DNA of 19,927 nt from Nitrospinales bacterium (GTDB lineage: Bacteria > Nitrospinota > Nitrospinia > Nitrospinales > JAJDAT01). Location of the stretch: contig JBHHYO010000051.1 of the NCBI GenBank assembly GCA_046757665.1, positions 1 through 19,927 on the forward strand, in the 5' to 3' direction. Below are positions 15,406 through 19,927 of the stretch, in pieces (position 1 is the stretch's first letter; every line of letters begins with the position of its first letter). The translations under genes and the position numbers were made by a program. The notes below the pieces were generated by a model. That model was not told the origin of the DNA, did not search any database, and was given only the letters and a program-made list of their open reading frames with translations.

Positions 15406-16755
15406 ATGAATGTTCTCTGGAAGAAGTGCCTTGGAGCGATTGAAAAGCAAATCCTCCCGGAAAACTTCAGAACCTGGTTTCTCCCCACCTATCCCCATTC
15501 CGGGGATGATAAATCCATAACTATCGCCGTCCCCGACGAGTTCTGCAAAAATTACCTGACAAAAAATTACCTGAACATGATTGAGACGTCCCTGGCGTCC
15601 ATCTGTAAAACCGGCATGAAGGTAAACTTTCTGGTGAATCCCGATTTGCCGGACTCCGGTAACGGCCACGGGAAAACGGCGGCAAATAATTTTCCTTACA
15701 AGGTCGATGCAACCGGACCGCGAACGGTCAGCCCAACTTTTCTGAATCCCCGGTACACGTTTTCCAACTTTATCGTCGGGTCTTCCAACCAGTTCGCCAA
15801 TGCCGCCTCACAAGCTGTAGCGGCAAACCCGGCTGTTGCCTATAACCCTCTGTTCCTGTATGGCGCCGTGGGTCTGGGAAAGACGCACCTTCTCCACTCT
15901 ATCGGCAACGAGATTCTCCAGAAAAACCCGTCCGCGAAAATCCATTATGTTCCCTCGGAAGGTTTCACGGTTGACTTGATTCAATCCATCAAGAGAGACC
16001 AAATGACCGCTTTTCGAGAGAAGTACCGCTCCCTGGACGTGCTGATTGTCGATGACATCCAGTTTATCGCCGGCAAGGAGAGGACCCAGGAGGAGTTTTT
16101 CTATACCTTCAACACTCTTTTTGAGGCTCACAAACAGGTTGTTGTGTCCAGCGACACTTTCCCCAAGGATATGCAGAACATGGAGGAAAGACTGAGGTCG
16201 CGGTTTGAATGTGGTTTGATCGCGGACCTCAAGCCGCCGGACCTCGAGACCAAGGTTGCCATCATCTACAAGAAGTCGGAGATTCATGGTTTGCGGATCC
16301 CCCAAGACGTAGCTCTTTTCATCGCCAGCAACATTCGCTCGAACATACGAGAGCTGGAGGGCCTGCTTCTGCGGCTGATCGCTTTTTCCTCCTTTACCCG
16401 AAGAAAAATCGACATGGACCTCGCCGGGGAGGTTTTAAAAGAATTCACCCTGGACAAAAAACAAAACTTCACCGTGCAGAATATTATGAGAAACGTATCC
16501 GTTTTTTTTAATGTCAAGGTTTCGGATTTGAAATCCAAGAAGCGCTCCCGAAACATATCCATCCCCCGGCAAATCGCCATGTTTATTTGCCGCGAGCACA
16601 CCAAGGTCTCCCTCCCTGAAATCGGCCGGAAATTTGGCGGAAAAGATCATACAACCGTCATCTTCTCGCACAAGAAGATAAAGAATATAATCAGCGAAAA
16701 CAATGAGTTATCCAGGTCAATCGAAAAGATCATGCAAAACATCGAAAGCGAATAA
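15406..16755 (+). CDS. dnaA: Chromosomal replication initiator DnaA
   Basis: Domain I (LW...FRTWF), LNPRYTFSNFIVGSSNQFA, YNPLFLYGAVGLGKTHLL, LIVDDIQF, RLRSRF, NIRELEG and domain IV EIGRKFGGKDHTTV. Start set at ATG 15406. Confidence 0.98.
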   Translation: MNVLWKKCLGAIEKQILPENFRTWFLPTYPHSGDDKSITIAVPDEFCKNYLTKNYLNMIETSLASICKTGMKVNFLVNPDLPDSGNGHGKTAANNFPYKVDATGPRTVSPTFLNPRYTFSNFIVGSSNQFANAASQAVAANPAVAYNPLFLYGAVGLGKTHLLHSIGNEILQKNPSAKIHYVPSEGFTVDLIQSIKRDQMTAFREKYRSLDVLIVDDIQFIAGKERTQEEFFYTFNTLFEAHKQVVVSSDTFPKDMQNMEERLRSRFECGLIADLKPPDLETKVAIIYKKSEIHGLRIPQDVALFIASNIRSNIRELEGLLLRLIAFSSFTRRKIDMDLAGEVLKEFTLDKKQNFTVQNIMRNVSVFFNVKVSDLKSKKRSRNISIPRQIAMFICREHTKVSLPEIGRKFGGKDHTTVIFSHKKIKNIISENNELSRSIEKIMQNIESE

Positions 16756-19570
<2,815 letters not shown>

Positions 19571-19927
19571 TGTTTTAGACGAGGGCGTCATACCTGACCC
19601 GCGCGCTATATATAAGGGGGTAAATCAGATTCGGGCGCCGGGCGTCAGGGAAAAGGCGAACCGAGGGAAGACGATTTTAATCTTCAAAATACGACCTTCG
19701 ATATGCCAAAACCGGTTTTAGCAAGTCGTTTAGAATCATTAGGATGTGGAGATAAATTCGATCCGGATTCTGGGCCGTTTTCCCGCAAAATCCGCTCACT
19801 CCGTGCCTGACCGGAATCTTGCGAAACGGCTTGGGAGATAAGGGGTTGGCAGGTTTGCAACCTGACATTTTGACTAGTTCGTTCCTCGTCTTTCAAAAAA
19901 TTTTTTTTCCGGAAAAAAGCGCTCCGG

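Noticed and set aside
19571-19927. Short ORFs, an imperfect CCTGAC/GTCAGG stem and the T6CCGGA6 palindrome (19903-19918) after gyrB
   Set aside because: The ORFs have no motifs, the stems are weak or low-complexity, and the context is cut by the window edge.

Overview
Origin-proximal chromosomal window of a diderm bacterium (LptM-like lipoprotein, MsbA-like exporter, GyrB with a large TOPRIM insert). A Nitrospinota or deltaproteobacteria-like lineage is plausible but unverified. From left to right: (1) the right end of an IS30-family element interrupting a Type III R-M mod gene, both missing from the ORF track; (2) a minus-strand run etfA-rsmG-[2x parS]-parA-parB-bactofilin-rsmI; (3) a tightly packed plus-strand unit of LptM-like lipoprotein, DUF484 fused to a degenerate GGDEF, short ArgA-like GNAT, a minimal flagellar-rod-like protein, a DnaD-like domain protein, a DnaC/DnaI-like ATPase, fabZ and fabI; (4) an orphan FixL-type heme-PAS kinase flanked by two copies of a structured palindromic repeat; (5) an MsbA-like ABC exporter; (6) dnaA, a recognisable oriC (tandem DnaA boxes, DnaA-trios, AT-rich tract) and gyrB, with no dnaN/recF between them. 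The best candidates for an undescribed system are the DnaD-like/DnaC-like helicase-loader pair and the putative c-di-GMP receptor that appears co-transcribed with it. All family assignments come from motif recognition by eye; no searches were run.
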